A stretch of DNA of 64,000 nucleotides. Origin: Octopus sinensis (Eukaryota). The stretch is taken from contig NC_043018.1 in the NCBI RefSeq assembly GCF_006345805.1, positions 5,766,001 to 5,830,000 of the forward strand, given 5' to 3'. Below, piece by piece: positions 23,596-36,600 of the stretch. Both the position numbers and the translations under genes were made by a program. The notes beneath the pieces were generated by a model. The model did not search any database. It was given only the letters and a program-made list of their open reading frames with translations, and was not told the DNA's origin. Each line of letters begins with the position of its first letter. Within the stretch, counting starts at the first letter, position 1.

Positions 23596-24000
23596 GGATC
23601 TTTTCGGTTTGAACGGCAGTTTTTTCTAGCGATGTCATATGAAATTGTCACCCATAATTATGACCCTAGTATCAATCTATTGCATTTCAGTCTGTTTTAG
23701 GGTTAGAGTTAGTGTTAGGGGGAAGGGTATCTTTTTTTCTTCAGAAATGTAAATAAACCCAATCAATTTCTTAAATGAGGGACATATTCATACGGCACAG
23801 AATGTTTTCACCTCAATAGACGTCAGTGATTGGTTGAAATTGCAGAAAAACAACAAATATCTTACAAACTATAGAATTTTCTCAATAAAGCCAAGAGAAA
23901 AAGATGTTTTATAAACACATTCTACCAGTATACAAAGTTTAAGAGTGTTTAATTACGTGGAAATTATTTTTAAAAACTGCCGGTCAAACCGAAAAGATCC
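23596..24000. mobile_element. GGATCTTTTCGG-TIR MITE family copy
   Basis: GGATCTTTTCGGTTTGAACGGCAGTTTTT ... AAAAACTGCCGGTCAAACCGAAAAGATCC (1 mismatch); no TSD visible. Confidence 0.8.
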
Positions 24001-25562
24001 CTTTCCTGCACCATTCTAACCAAATGTCTATAGTACCTGATTTGTAACTGCTGAGAAATAGCAGCTCAACCTAGAGGAATCTCCCTGACCTCCAAGCTAC
24101 ACACCATCAAGTTACATTACTCCAGGGATCTTAAAAAAACAATACAAAAAAAATGACCAAAATGAATGTGTGAAGGCATACTTGGTCTCCATAGTAAACA
24201 AAACCTTCTCTGAGGAGCAATCAACAAACTGTGAAATGGTGCATCAGGAAACTCCTACCTCTTCTTTTTTTATACATACCAAAGGTATAGAAATACTTAC
24301 ATTTTTCATACTTAAAGCACAGCTAAACTTTGTAATATTTAAATGTATTTTAATTCTTCTGATTCAGTAGGACTGAACCTGAGACCACATAGGAGGTAAG
24401 CTTCTCAACAGGTGCCATACTTTTGCTAATTGTTTACCAAAATTAGATTATGCAATTATGAGCAAACAGATGCCCTCATGAACCAGCAGAGCATCCAGTA
24501 TTTGACAGCAAGAGGGAGAGAGGGCTGTACCAGCACCCACCTGATATTCATTATAGCTGAAGCCATGTGAAATAAACTGCCTTGCTTGGGGGCACAATGT
24601 CCAGGGATTGAAACCATTGGTTTATGATCCTGAACAGAACACTGAAACAACAAAATCCAATACAACCTGTTGCATGGTCAGGTCATCAGCAACTAAACAG
24701 GCAACCAGACAAGCTGGCTTGCTCGGTGAGGAGGGTGATTTTTGGACATCCTACAAGAAGAAAAACAAGACCCATGAAAGAGCGGAGGAATTCGGGAAAG
24801 TTAATAATGGCCATCCAATATTATAAAGGGTGGATGGTGCACACCAGTCAGAGTGAAGACAAACCATCTAAATGGAAGTACCTGAAATAAAAACCGTTCA
24901 GCAAGAACTCACAACCAGCTGATATTATTTTGCACAGAAAAAAATTGACACAATGATAATAAATACATATATCTCTCAGGGCACTTACAATCTATCTGTG
25001 GCTTTCTGCTGCCTAAATTGCCTTACATACACACACACTCGCTACCTATCTTGCCTGATATTTACCGTTTTCTTTGTTATCACAATAACAGCAGGCAACT
25101 GATGTTCTCAGAGTTCACTTGTGAAACCCACAGAATTTTTTTGTTGCTTTGTTAGTTAAGTTCAGTGTAATATATCAAAAAATTATGAAAATATAGCACA
25201 GCAGTAGTAGTAAAATGTTTATAGTCGAACAGATGTGACAAAATTCATTTAATGTAAATATTTGAATAATACAAATATTCATAAAGAATATTAATACAAA
25301 ACAATAAGATTTGTAATTGATCATACATGTGAGTATATAGATTCTTTCCCTCTCACATACATATGCTTCAAAATAATGCCAAACCACAAGAGAGAGAGAG
25401 AGAAAGAGAGAGAGAGAAACGTGAGGCAACAGACATGGTGTAATTGTTTGACACTCAGGAAAAATCGAAATCTTTGACATTTCGAGCCTATGTTCTTCAC
25501 TCAAGAGTATGTGTGTGTGTGTATATATATATATATATAACCATGGCTTAGTGGTTAAGGTG

Positions 25563-25727
25563 TTAGAGACTTAGACTTTAGACTTGACAGTATTCACCCG
25601 GGGTGGGTTGAGCTGGCTTCATTCATCCTCAATACTGCATCTCTCATAAACGCTGATCAGGCCTGGTGATTTGAGGCTAACGACCGCGTGATCTCCAACC
25701 ACTCCTTATTCCAGCGCCGAATGCTGT
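25563..25727 (-). mobile_element. 5'-truncated retroposon with (AAGTCT)n-like tail inserted in a SINE head
   Basis: 11-bp TSD TGGTTAAGGTG at 25552-25562 and 25728-25738; tail reads tcaagtctaaagtctaagtc on minus strand. Confidence 0.65.
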
Positions 25728-26762
25728 TGGTTAAGGTGCTGCACTCACGACTGTGAGATTTTGGGTTTGATTCCCAGACCGGGCGTTGCATTGTGTTCTT
25801 GAGCAAAGCACTTCATTTCATGCTGCTCTGCCATCATTTTGACATCTCGCACGTAGCATCCAGTTGCACCTGTACAGGTAATGTCGATCTGATGGAGAGA
25901 GTGAGCTTATGTCTACACAAACAATTGATCAATATAAACAAATCATCTGTAAGAAACTGTTGGACCCTCGTCTAACAGGAGAGTCCAATCATGCATGTAT
26001 GTGTGTGTGTTTGGCTACAATGAACTATACTCGTGTCCATGCTGCTCTGCGCTCACCCTCCCCTCCTGTACCATCTTGTGTCTATCATCATATTCATATT
26101 CCTTTTCTCCTGCACATCTTCAGCCTCTGTCACTCGTCTTTCTTGCTCTGTAAAGTGGCAGACGAGTGAGCAGAGACATAGAGTCGTGTGGCCTCCTTGG
26201 TCATGTCGAAGATATAGCTACCTCTTTGAAAAGCACATCCAGATCATTCGGTAAAGGATTTGGCATTAGAAAGGGCATCAAATTGTATAAACTTAGCCAA
26301 AATAAAACACGTGAGACGAGTTTTCTAACAACCCATCAACACAACATGCTGCACAGTGAGATCACACCCAGAACAACATGTTTATTATAAAAATTCTTAA
26401 ATAGTCGTACATGGTTCTACAAGCTTCTAATAGGTGACTTGTCTGTCAAGATCAATAATAAACACAATGATCAAAGTTGCAACATATATTGATAACAGAG
26501 ATAAAGGTAAAAGAAAGAAAATAAAATAATTTGGAAAAGAAGATCTACAGTTTAATATATATTTATTTGTGCTGTATGTGTGGATAAATATACATTTATA
26601 TATGTACACATACACACTCGTATATATATGTATATATATATGTATGTGTGTGTATCACACACGTGTATCCATATATATATATAAATAGATAGATAGATAC
26701 ATCGATACATAGACAGACAGATACGTAGATAATATATTAAGTATCCGTCATTTTCTCAAATA

Positions 26763-27275
26763 TTAATAATAATCCTGTCCCCACTGAGTACTGGATTCCG
26801 GGATTTTTAATCCTAGTTTCTTATGTATATTTAGTGCAAGGAAGTGGGAACGAGAGTTCAAATTTTTGGTTTTCTCGATTACTTGCTGGTAAGGGGAAAT
26901 GGCTTTTGTTCCCATGACAACGTGACCTAGTTTAGAGTCTATTTTAGCATCGAGTCGGGCATGTCGGATCAAATTGACAATCCACTGTTCAGCGGCATCG
27001 GGTGTCATGTTCAGCTTCTGCGACAGCATGTTGATGCTGATGCATTCGTGGATCCGACAGAAAATCTCAAAGATGAGGAGACGGGCGTTCTCAATGAACT
27101 CGTTTACGAGATTGCTCAAGAAGAAATCGTAGCAAAGAACAGATTCACATTCAAGAAGTTTATGCTGGGCACCATCGAAATCAAAATTGACATAGAGACA
27201 TTCAATAAATTCGGTGATGGGGTCTCTGTAGGAATAACTCTCTTGTTGGATCACTTTGACCAAATCCTTGAGAAC
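26763..27275 (-). CDS. EIF3E: eIF3e-like paralog A, terminal exon, distal duplicate copy
   Basis: Translation identical to 27948-28460, offset 1185 bp, with its own acceptor. Followed by minus-strand AATAAA at 26562-26567. Confidence 0.75.
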   Translation of the reverse strand, partial: VLKDLVKVIQQESYSYRDPITEFIECLYVNFDFDGAQHKLLECESVLCYDFFLSNLVNEFIENARLLIFEIFCRIHECISINMLSQKLNMTPDAAEQWIVNLIRHARLDAKIDSKLGHVVMGTKAISPYQQVIEKTKNLNSRSHFLALNIHKKLGLKIPESSTQWGQDYY

Positions 27276-27947
27276 CTATAAATAAAAAATAGAGATTAAT
27301 TGTTAATTACAAAAACCAACCAAAAACAAAAAAAAACACTGACCAAAGACAAAAAAAAATTTAATTTAGTTATAAATTTAGTAATAAAGGCTCGATAAGC
27401 TAAACGAAAATGAAGATTTGGGTCCTACTTTGAGCAATACTCTTTTACTTGTTTCAGTCATTTGACTGCAGCCATGCTGGAGTACCGCCTTTTAGTTGAG
27501 CACATCGACCCCAGGACCTATTCTTTGGAAGCCTAGTACTTATTCTATTGGTCTCTTTTGCTGAACCGCTAAGTTACGGGGACATAAACACACCAGCATT
27601 GGTTGTCAAGCGATGTTGGGGGCTCAAACACAGACACACAAACATATACTCTCCTTACTTGTTTCAGTCATTTGACTGCAGCCATGCTGGAGCACCGCCT
27701 TTAGTCGAGCAAATAGACCCCGGGACTTATTCTTTGGAAGCCCAGTACTTATTCTATCGGTCTCTTTTGCCGAACCACTAAGTAATGGGGACATAAACAC
27801 ACCAGCATCGGTTGTCAAGCAATGCTAGGGGGACAAACACAGACACACACACACAATATATATATATAAATAGATAGATAGATACATCGATACATAGACA
27901 GACAGATACGTAGATAATATATTAAGTATCCGTCATTTTCTCAAATA

Positions 27948-28460
27948 TTAATAATAATCCTGTCCCCACTGAGTACTGGATTCCGGGATTTTTAATCCTA
28001 GTTTCTTATGTATATTTAGTGCAAGGAAGTGGGAACGAGAGTTCAAATTTTTGGTTTTCTCGATTACTTGCTGGTAAGGGGAAATGGCTTTTGTTCCCAT
28101 GACAACGTGACCTAGTTTAGAGTCTATTTTAGCATCGAGTCGGGCATGTCGGATCAAATTGACAATCCACTGTTCAGCGGCATCGGGTGTCATGTTCAGC
28201 TTCTGCGACAGCATGTTGATGCTGATGCATTCGTGGATCCGACAGAAAATCTCAAAGATGAGGAGACGGGCGTTCTCAATGAACTCGTTTACGAGATTGC
28301 TCAAGAAGAAATCGTAGCAAAGAACAGATTCACATTCAAGAAGTTTATGCTGGGCACCATCGAAATCAAAATTGACATAGAGACATTCAATAAATTCGGT
28401 GATGGGGTCTCTGTAGGAATAACTCTCTTGTTGGATCACTTTGACCAAATCCTTGAGAAC
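27948..28460 (-). CDS. EIF3E: eIF3e-like paralog A, terminal exon (PCI/winged-helix), proximal copy
   Basis: tttatag|[26 protein letters not shown]...[17 protein letters not shown]...WGQDYY*. With exon 1 it gives 442 aa (human eIF3e is 445 aa). Confidence 0.9.
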   Translation of the reverse strand, partial: VLKDLVKVIQQESYSYRDPITEFIECLYVNFDFDGAQHKLLECESVLCYDFFLSNLVNEFIENARLLIFEIFCRIHECISINMLSQKLNMTPDAAEQWIVNLIRHARLDAKIDSKLGHVVMGTKAISPYQQVIEKTKNLNSRSHFLALNIHKKLGLKIPESSTQWGQDYY

Positions 28461-29044
28461 CTATAAATAAAAAATAGAGATTAATTGTTAATTACAAAAA
28501 CCAACCAAAAACAAAAAAAAACACTGACCAAAGACAAAAAAAAATTTAATTTAGTTATAAATTTAGTAATAAAGGCTCGATAAGCTAAACGAAAATGAAG
28601 ATTTGGGTCCTACTTTGAGCAATACTCTTTTACTTGTTTCAGTCATTTGACTGCAGCCATGCTGGAGTACCGCCTTTTAGTTGAGCACATCGACCCCAGG
28701 ACCTATTCTTGGAAGCCTAGTACTTATTCTATTGGTCTCTTTTGCTGAACCGCTAAGTTACGGGGACATAAACACACCAGCATTGGTTGTCAAGCGATGT
28801 TGGGGGCTCAAACACAGACACACAAACATATACTCTCCTTTACTTGTTTCAGTCATTTGACTGCAGCCATGCTGGAGCACCGCCTTTAGTCGAGCAAATA
28901 GACCCCGGGACTTATTCTTTGGAAGCCCAGTACTTATTCTATCGGTCTCTTTTGCCGAACCACTAAGTAATGGGGACATAAACACACCAGCATCGGTTGT
29001 CAAGCAATGCTAGGGGGACAAACACAGACACACACACACATATA

Positions 29045-30456
29045 TATATATATATTATATATATATATATTTATATATATATATATATATATATACGACA
29101 GGCTTCTTTCAACTTCCGTCTACCAAATCCACTCACAAGACTTTGGTCGGCCCGAGGCTATAGTAGAAGGTACTTGCCCAAGGTGCCATGCAGTGGGAAC
29201 GAACCCGGAATCATGTGGTTGGTAAGCAAGCTACTTATCATACAGCCACTCCTGCGCAATGTTTTTAAGTTTTTTACAACATTGATTTTGTGCATGATCG
29301 AAAGAAATCCTTTTCCAAGAGATAAAACTTGTATCTTCTCCAGCCACTCAAGGACTGTATCTTGTGAAAGATGATAGAAGACACTGGGAAATTTCTTTTG
29401 TTTAGAAAGGAAATTATCATCATTTTAATGCCCATTTTTCTATTCTTGCTTGGGTCAGATGGAGCTTACTGAGGTAAATTTTCTATGGCCAGATATCCAT
29501 CCTGTTGCCACCCCTCACCTGCCCCCCCCCATGACCAGGAGCATTCTTGCAAGATACTGGACATGAACGACACTGCTTCTATGACAGTGACACTCTTTTA
29601 CAACCATCAAACAATGACAAAACAAAAAGACACAAACTAATACACACACACTTATTACCTATATCCTTCCATGTTTTCATTAGGAAGGGCATCCAGCCAT
29701 AGAAACCATGCCAGAACGGAACAAGGAGCCTGACCTGCTCCTGTCAAACTGTCCAAATCTCAAGTGCAAATTTGAAATAAAAAAGGGCAGACAACTCCAA
29801 GGCAAATCAATGATATTGGCTCTCAAGCCCAAAGATAAGCATATCGAGTTTGAAGATACACTAAGCCACTTATTAGAGACAATGGACAACTCAACTCTCT
29901 CTCTGCTGAGGATAAATGGATCAAATTTTAGAACACTGTCATACAAAGTCTCAAGGAAAATAGAATGCAAACACCAAGACTGGTTTGATGAGAATGAAGA
30001 TAAAATAGCATAATTGTTAAACAGGAAGTAACAATTACATCCAAAGTTTCTGGCAAACAAATACACAGGCTTATGAATCAGTATATAGTAGTTGTCATCT
30101 ATTAAAGAAAAGCCTTTGCACTGTGGAAAACGAGTGTTTTCAGCAATGAGCTACTTATGAAATATACAACCTGGCTAAGACAAAAGACTTTAGTATTTAA
30201 ACTGACCGTATCCGGTCAAAATATCTATCATCATTTAACCCTTTCATTACTCACTTTTACACTTTTAGTTGTTTCAGTCATTTGACTGCGGCCATGCTGG
30301 AGCACCGCCTTTAATCGAGCAACTCGACCCCCGGGACTTATTCTTTTTATAAGCCCAGTACTTATTCTATCGGTCTCTTTTGCCGAACCGCTAAGTAACA
30401 GGGACATAAACACACCAGCATCGGTTGTCAAGCAATGCTAGGGGGACACACAACGC

Positions 30457-30496
<40 letters not shown>

Positions 30497-31880
30497 ATAT
30501 ATATATACGACAGGCTTCTTTCAACTTCCGTCTACCAAATCCACTCACAAGACTTTGGTCGGCCCGAGGCTATAGTAGAAGGTACTTGCCCAAGGTGCCA
30601 TGCAGTGGGAACGAACCCGGAATCATGTGGTTGGTAAGCAAGCTACTTATCATACAGCCACTCCTGCGCAATGTTTTTAAGTTTTTTACAACATTGATTT
30701 TGTGCATGATCGAAAGAAATCCTTTTCCAAGAGATAAAACTTGTATCTTCTCCAGCCACTCAAGGACTGTATCTTGTGAAAGATGATAGAAGACACTGGG
30801 AAATTTCTTTTGTTTAGAAAGGAAATTATCATCATTTTAATGCCCATTTTTCTATTCTTGCTTGGGTCAGATGGAGCTTACTGAGGTAAATTTTCTATGG
30901 CCAGATATCCATCCTGTTGCCACCCCTCACCTGCCCCCCCCCATGACCAGGAGCATTCTTGCAAGATACTGGACATGAACGACACTGCTTCTATGACAGT
31001 GACACTCTTTTACAACCATCAAACAATGACAAAACAAAAAGACACAAACTAATACACACACACTTATTACCTATATCCTTCCATGTTTTCATTAGGAAGG
31101 GCATCCAGCCATAGAAACCATGCCAGAACGGAACAAGGAGCCTGACCTGCTCCTGTCAAACTGTCCAAATCTCAAGTGCAAATTTGAAATAAAAAAGGGC
31201 AGACAACTCCAAGGCAAATCAATGATATTGGCTCTCAAGCCCAAAGATAAGCATATCGAGTTTGAAGATACACTAAGCCACTTATTAGAGACAATGGACA
31301 ACTCAACTCTCTCTCTGCTGAGGATAAATGGATCAAATTTTAGAACACTGTCATACAAAGTCTCAAGGAAAATAGAATGCAAACACCAAGACTGGTTTGA
31401 TGAGAATGAAGATGAAATAGCATAATTGTTAAACAGGAAGTAACAATTACATCCAAAGTTTCTGGCAAACAAATACACAGGCTTATGAATCAGTATATAG
31501 TAGTTGTCATCTATTAAAGAAAAGCCTTTGCACTGTGGAAAACGAGTGTTTTCAGCAATGAGCTACTTATGAAATATACAACCTGGCTAAGACAAAAGAC
31601 TTTAGTATTTAAACTGACCGTATCCGGTCAAAATATCTATCATCATTTAACCCTTTCATTACTCACTTTTACACTTTTAGTTGTTTCAGTCATTTGACTG
31701 CGGCCATGCTGGAGCACCGCCTTTAATCGAGCAACTCAACCCCCGGGACTTATTCTTTTTATAAGCCCAGTACTTATTCTATCGGTCTCTTTTGCCGAAC
31801 CGCTAAGTAACAGGGACATAAACACACCAGCATCGGTTGTCAAGCAATGCTAGGGGGACACACAAACGCATATATATATA
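29045..31880. repeat. Direct tandem duplication, unit ~1412 bp
   Basis: ORF offsets 31092-29680 = 31120-29708 = 1412; substitutions seen include gataaaata/gatgaaata and actcgacc/actcaacc. Confidence 0.9.
29760..30040 (+). mobile_element. RTE LINE APE-RT linker remnant (duplicated at ~31172-31452)
   Basis: KHQDWFDENEDKI resembles the RKHQDWFDEND motif of RTE ORF2 linkers (compare NPDWFN at ~44700). Confidence 0.55.
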
Positions 31881-32220
31881 TATATATATATACGACGGGC
31901 TTTTTTTTTCAGTTTCTGTCTACCAAATCCACTCACAAGGCTTTGGTCGGCCTGAGGCTACAGTAGAAGACACTTGCCCAAGGTGCCATGCAGTGGGACT
32001 GAACCCGGAACTGTATTTATTTTGAGATGCTCTGTTTTACTCTCAGTTATTTTAAATATAACAAAGAATTTAGTAAAATAACTTAGTTATCATTCAGCTA
32101 GTGTTAGGAATATTAATTGTGACTAAGGTTTGGTGGAAAATTTTAATTCAAAACTTATGAAAGCAAGACATTTGTACTACAGAGCCAGAGGCGGTTTCAG
32201 CCAGGTTGGTAACGAAAGGG
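31651..32220. mobile_element. piggyBac-type MITE split by a SINE insertion (~31663-32001)
   Basis: Left end TTAA|CCCTTTCATTAC at 31647-31662; body resumes ctgtatttattttgagatg at ~32001; right end GTAACGAAAGGG|TTAA at 32220. Confidence 0.8.
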
Positions 32221-33037
32221 TTAACGTCCATTTTCTACGCTGGCATGGGTTGGATGGTTTGATACGGAGCTAGCCAGCCGGGGAGCTGTCCAGACTCAAA
32301 TTGTCTGTTGTGGAATGGTTTATATGGTTGGATGTCCTTCCTTATGCCATCCTCATTAGAGTGTGTGCTGGGTGCATTTATGCAGTAGTGGCACAAGTGC
32401 ATTTCATGAGGCTCTGCATGTTTTATGTCCTAACTGCCAGATCCTACCTCTCACGGCTACCCTACAATGTTATACTAAAAATAAACCCCGCCCCATTTTT
32501 TTCATATTAGATTCTGAAATAATTGTAATATTCAACATCAAAAATGCATTTATATAAAATTTTATTTAAAAAAAAAATATCCGTTTAATCTTTTATGATT
32601 TACTTGCACCAACAAATAAACCCCAGTACTTATTATTTTTTTGTAATAAGTACCTGGCACTTATTCTATCGGTCTGTTTTGCTGAGCTGCTAAATTACGG
32701 GGATGTAAACACACCAACACTGGTTTTCAAGCAGTGGTGGGGGACAAACACAGACACAAAGACACATACACAAACAATGGACTTCTTTCAGTTTCCATCT
32801 ACCAAATCTACTCACAAGGCTTTGGTCGGGCTGAATATATAGTAGAAGGCACTTGCTCAAGATGCCACTCATTGGGATTGAACCCGGAACCATGTGGTTG
32901 GGAAGCAAACTTCTTATCACACAGCCACGCCGGCGCCTACAAGTTATACAGAACAAGGTCAGGTGAAGTACCCACAATGTAATTTCTGCTTTATATATTT
33001 GTATCTGAAGTCACAAATATCTTAAAATAGATATCCA

Positions 33038-33610
33038 GAATCTTTCCGCTTTGACCGGCAGATTTTTAAAATAATTTCTTTGTAACTAAAAACTTTTAAA
33101 CTTCGTATACTGGTAGAATGTGTCAACTGCAAATAATTGTTGTTGACAAAGATCCGGAGATATTGTATTCACCTCAATAGACGTTATTGATTGGTTGAAA
33201 TTGCCGAAATGCAAGAAATTAAACAACAAATAGCTTACAAACTACAGAATTGTCACCCATAATTATGACCCTAGTATCGATCTATTACATTTCAATCTGT
33301 TTTACGGTTAGGGTTAGGGGTGGGGGGAAGGATATATTTTTTTTCTTCAGAAATGTAAATAAACCCAATCTGTTTCTTAAACGAGGGACATATTCATACA
33401 GCACAGAATGATTTTCACCTCAATAGACGTCATTGATTGGTTGAAATTGCAGAAAAACAACAACAAATATCTTACAAACTATAGAATTTTCTCAATAAAG
33501 CCAAGAGAAAAAGATGTCTTATAAACACACTCTACCAGTATACGAAGTTTAAAAGTGTTTAGTTACGTGGAAATTATTTAAAAAATCTGCCGTTCAAACC
33601 GAAAAGATCC
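33038..33610. mobile_element. GGATCTTTTCGG-TIR MITE family copy
   Basis: Same TIRs; perfect 8-bp TSD GATATCCA (33030-33037, 33611-33618). Confidence 0.85.
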
Positions 33611-36600
33611 GATATCCACACTTATCTTTTAAAATAAAATCGCGATTTTTCAGAAAGTAACGAGGAAACTAAGGCAGGGGAGACACACCCACATCTGTCG
33701 TTATATCGAATCAGTTTTATTTCCAGCCAATTTCAGGAAAAAGTGGGAAAAAAAGTGTTAAAAGGGACATAACTCGTATTAGTTCTGTAGTGCTTTCCAA
33801 ACCTTGTGGGAGGTGATCCATCAAGCGGAACACTTGCCTTTGCCTCTGTTGGAAGCAAAGCAGTCACAGAGATGCTGATATTGATTGCAGCTGCTACAGT
33901 TGCAGTGACGGACTGACTGCCACGTGCACCTGACAGTGCGGAGAATATCTAAAGTCAGGTCAGTCGCAATCTGTAGTGCAAGGCAAGATGAATTGACTGC
34001 ACAAGCTCCACGTCCGCCCTCCCAAACTACATCACCTGCCAGAACGAATCAATACATATGCTGTTTTAACCCCAGGTCGATCCCGGCGGAAGAATCCCCC
34101 CACCCTACATCATGTAATTACCGTTGGGTTGGCAGATAAATTCGTTCGCTTTTCTTCTAAATCTTTTTAATCCTTTCCATCGTTATGTGATGATTCACAT
34201 AATACACGAAAAATGTTTTTATCGTAGTAATTTTTTTTTTTTGCTTTATGCTTCCTCTATATAGTTTTTTTTTAATTTTAATAAATGGTGCCCCAGCATG
34301 GCCGCGTCCTTCGGGCTAATACATTTTTAAGGATTTAAGGATCATATGACGATGGAGAGCCAATCTTTAACTTGTTTCCGTTTACGAACTGCGGCACTAC
34401 TTTGAAGGGTTTGGCCGAACAAAGCGACCTTAGTAATTATTTTAAAGCCTAATATTTATTATATCGGCCCCGTTTTGCTGAAACGCAATGTTACGGGGAC
34501 GCAACCAAACCCACATTGGTTATCGAGCGGTTAACGGGACAAAGAAAGACACACACGACGGGCTTGTTTCAGTTTCTGTCTACCAAATCCACGCACAAAG
34601 CTTTGGTCATGCGGGGTTATAGCGTACGAGACATGCCCAAGGTACTACACGCAGCGGGACTGAACCCAAACAGACAAAAAAAAAAAAAAATCGAGTTTAT
34701 CTGACAACCTAAAACATTCAATGCAGATTTAAATATCAAAAGGATTTTTTTTTTACTGTAGGGTAAATGTGGCTGCTCTTTTTAGCAAGTCGAATGACCA
34801 TATAGAAGAGGTTCCTTCGTAGAATCTCAGTCGGGGTTGGAAAAATGGCAGTAAAGCATCGAAATCAGCTGATTTTCGCTATGCGCTATCTGAGTGCGAC
34901 GGAGGTAAAGAATAAGCACACAACCAGTATTCGGCGTAACAAAAACCCTAACCCTTCTCCCCGAGTACTTCAAATCTGTTTCTCTCAGTAAAGTAGCAGT
35001 TTAGCCCCAAGTCAGCCCTAATTGAGTGGGTGTGTGTGTGTGTGTGAGCTATAATTAGAGGCATTCCAGCCGTGGCTATCTCAGCTTTTAATTTTTTTTA
35101 ATGTCAATGTTTTCTTTCCTTAAAGTTGGTTAAATTAGTTTAGGGAATCTGCTTGCTATTTCTAGCAGCTCCAGCGATTCTGTGAAGACTCTCTAAGTCT
35201 AAGTAACATCGTCGACTTTATCTCGTATCTGAGAACTTAGTTTCTTTGCTGACCGCTTCCTTTAGGGAGATAGCATCGATGACCATGTAAACCAATTCTT
35301 GCCTAGAAGAGTCGATGGCACTGAGTGCAAGGTAATGTTGGAAGACGAGGTTGATTTTATCGAGTTTTTCTTTCCTGTCGTTTGATTCTTCCTTTTCTCT
35401 TCTTGTAGCTTTCGAAGATGGTTTCGGTGGTGATGGAACACCGCCACTTGGTACGGTCTCGGGCTTGTGTTTCAAACGATACAGGCTAAAGTTCAGTGGC
35501 TTTGAGTGTTGTTTTGAGCTGATACCTGTGTCTTCGAAAAGGGCAAACCCCTGGTCTTTTCCTTGAAGTGAGCCCGCTGACGTAGGAACCTCGACTCTTC
35601 CATTCTTGTTCCATGTCCAGATCATCGAAGACGATGTTTCATGATCAGCGATTCGATGCTTTGACTGTTGGCAAGCCGATTACATCGATCCCACTAGTCA
35701 ACTGCTATCTTATTTTATCGACTCCGAGAAGATGAAAGGTTGACCTCCATGAGATTTGAACTCAGAACGTAAAGACCTAGAAGAAATGCCTCTAAAGCAT
35801 TTTGTCCGATGCGCTAATGGTTTCACTGGCTTACTACCTTTATTAACGAGAAAATAAAATCAAGTCTGTATCCAAAAGGTAATATTCTTTCCCACAGTGT
35901 TGGACAACTTTAAAAAGGAAACTTATCCGGTCCCTTTTCTTAAATTTTTTATCAACCTATATAAAAAAAACCAAAAACTATTGGTTAAGATCCGTACTAG
36001 TCCTGACCAAAGAAATCTACGATTGAAGACTTTCCAGCAGTGGTGACCCGATTTTTTCTCTAGACATTGTATCTTAACACATTAACCAATATGTCTTTCT
36101 ATCATTTCAGTTCCGAGTTCAGAGGTTTCACTTTCTGGATCATAAAACGAAAGATCTTTTTTTTTTTTTTGCTTAAAAAAATATTACCGTGTACTTTGAG
36201 GTAGATCTTTACTATTTCCAACAGGTGAAAATGACTAAATAAATAAAAACCCCATCGTTTGCAATGTTATATGGTAACGAGCATATTTCTTGACTTCACA
36301 ACTTGACTGTGCACAATAAAATATACAGCACAAGTCACCACATGTATGAGAAAATCTCTCAACAAAGGCAGCAAAATTTATTCCCAATTTTCCCCAACCG
36401 TCTTAAAAATTACCGAATATAACTCGATAACTCGATCCAGAATATATTTATCAGGTAAAAAAATAATTGGATTTATATGAAAGGTGGAAATGTCCAGACA
36501 CAGCACAAACCCGTCAAAGATAGGTGTGCAATGAAGAATAGGGTTAGGGTATTTCTACACAAGCGAACATCCCCGCCCCATCGACTTTGTTTCCTCATAA

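Larger units (their letters stand above)
26670..29045. repeat. Direct tandem duplication, unit ~1185 bp, containing the eIF3e-A terminal exon
   Basis: ORF offset 27948-26763 = 1185; the few visible differences are 1-bp indels in SINE parts; junctions lie in (TA)n tracts. Confidence 0.9.

Noticed and set aside
24000-24900. Short overlapping ORFs between heparanase and eIF3e-A
   Set aside because: No consistent frame, splice pattern or motif that I can support.
26961-28466. Plus-strand ORFs [10 protein letters not shown]... (also 49425-49622, 56112-56339)
   Set aside because: Antisense shadows of the eIF3e exons.
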